The translations under genes and the position numbers were made by a program. A model generated the notes under the pieces. That model did not search any database. It was given only the letters and a program-made list of their open reading frames with translations, and was not told where the DNA came from. Of a DNA stretch of 64,000 nucleotides, positions 62,412-64,000 are shown one piece after another; the stretch's first letter is position 1, and every line of letters starts with the position of its first letter. Source of the stretch: Lenisia limosa (lineage: Eukaryota > Protista > Breviatea); the NCBI GenBank assembly GCA_001655205.1, contig LPNZ01011689.1, forward strand, positions 1 through 64,000, in the 5' to 3' direction.

Positions 62412-64000
62412 TTAACAATCTGTTCCATTTCTCTGTTGGTCAAAACTAGAGTCGTCAGAAGGCGGGCGTCTGAACACTCTTGTCAGCCAAGACGCTGGGG
62501 AGTAAGTCAGTGCGGAAGTTACCTTTAGGCGCCTCTTCGGGTGAACTAATGGACCCCCCTATTCGCGTGGATGCGAGCAGAATGGCATTGGATTTCTAGG
62601 CAGTGAACTTTGAAGACAACAGATTGATAGACACCTTTCGTATTTTCGTGGGGGGCGCTAGTAATGGTTCTTCCCTAAAAGATCAAAACAGCTCATCTCT
62701 GAAATGCCAAAATGAATATCTCTTTCCAGGTTTCTGACCTTGCTTCATTTTGATTACAAGCATCAACTTGGCAGCTGCAATCTTCCGAGAGTTCTTGAGA
62801 ACCCCTCGCGTCTTTCTCCTTCATGGCGGCCAGAATCATATCAAACTCATCAATGGGATCCGGCTCCACCACTGACGAGGTGAAAGGGGTGTATTCAATT
62901 CAGACTCGGAAGATGTTTAAATGTTGCTAGCTTATGAAACGTAAACTGACATACCTTGTTTCTTTCTTTTTCGTGACCTTGCTTTTGCCTTGGCCTTTTG
63001 TTTAACAGAGGTCTTTGCACTCTCTACAGATAAATAATTCTTCACTCAAAGGCAAACCAGAAGGTGGCTGGCTTGATGAATATTCGGCCTCCACTGCGCT
63101 GTTCGCCGTTGTTCTGAACCCCTTGCGCACTGGAAAGTCAGAGGACTACAGAAGAGACTACTACCTTGTCTTTCTTCTACCAATGCTTTATTGAGCGCTT
63201 TTGTTTCCTCAAGATGACACACGGTGCAGAGAGTCCTCATGTTTGAGAGAAGTGCTCCTCCACCTCCTTTAGCAACAGGAACTATGTGGTCGGCCTGCCA
63301 CAAGCGACCTTGTCTGGGGGTCCGTGCCTATGCATTGTTACTGCCATCCAATTATCATAAACATCCTATCCGACTCACAATGTTTTCAAGATGCTGCGCA
63401 GGTAAAGTAGAGAATATTGAGTCTTTAAGGACAGCAAGTCGTGCCTAAGTCATAAATTTAAATTAAGCCTGACTAACATTGAGGGTTTGCTCGGTCACAA
63501 TGCGTTGAAAGAGATTGAGACAGTCCAAAGAGCAATTGGCACAAACTGCGTTGTCTGCTGCAGCAACTTCCTTGCGCAAGGAGCCTTGACTACTACGTTA
63601 GAGCAGCTTTGACAAACTTGGTGACAATTTTAAAGTCGTTGTGACAGCGTTGGCAGCAAAAAGGCGTATTTTCGGAGGCGGCGACAAACTAGGAAATAAG
63701 TAGTTGGATGTGACAGACCGATTGCTGGCACATTACACAGAGGGGCAGAATGGATCCATTGATATCCATGAAGAACTAAAGCGTCAGAATGGAAGAATTA
63801 TAAACTGAGATCATGACTATGGAGCTGAGACCCTTAGCCGTAAAAAACAAAATAAGGAGAATTTAACTTGATATTCAAGAAGCTGCCACCATAACCTACC
63901 TGTTTATAAGTCTTTGAAGAACCAAGGTATGGCCACTCCTGCTCTTTCATTGTACAGCCTTTGGGAACGCTGCTCTCTGGCCTAAGTAGTTAACTGAGGC
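62412..64000 (-). CDS. ZRANB3: ZRANB3-like protein, C-terminal HNH endonuclease region (5' part lies outside the window)
   Basis: YKQ|FFMDINGSILPLCVMCQQS|...PFCCQRCHNDF...LRKEVAAADNAVCANCSLD and LWQADHIVPVAKGGGGALLSNMRTLCTVCHLEET match the ZRANB3 HNH layout (PLCxxCQQ...FCSxxC...WQxDHIxPVxxGGG...LxTLCxxCH). The SNF2 part is not visible here. Confidence 0.75.

Overview
Eukaryotic, gene-dense and very intron-rich genomic DNA (GT-AG introns, many only ~27-45 nt), read with the standard genetic code. It has 12 assembly N-gaps, four of which abut long G/C homopolymers. The gene set (TRPML, a Zn2Cys6 factor, a two-domain membrane cyclase-like gene) suggests a protist, possibly amoebozoan-like; this is inference only. 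Hand-splicing supports these genes: a Zn(II)2Cys6 transcription factor with a hydrophobic C-terminal tail (-), MSH5 (+), mucolipin/TRPML (+), BRIP1/FANCJ (-), Raptor (+), an 8-kb two-domain membrane adenylyl-cyclase-like gene that has lost catalytic residues (+), the HNH end of a ZRANB3-like gene (-), and several unassigned genes. Non-coding highlights: a ~95-bp TIR-bounded MITE-like family whose three copies all lie in introns, with one end tandemly amplified; a phased TCGA motif shared between this element and two upstream regions; G-runs biased to the sense strand of introns; TGATC arrays at ~11-bp spacing; several minisatellites; and duplicated splice acceptors. Exon boundaries are hand-derived and approximate unless stated.
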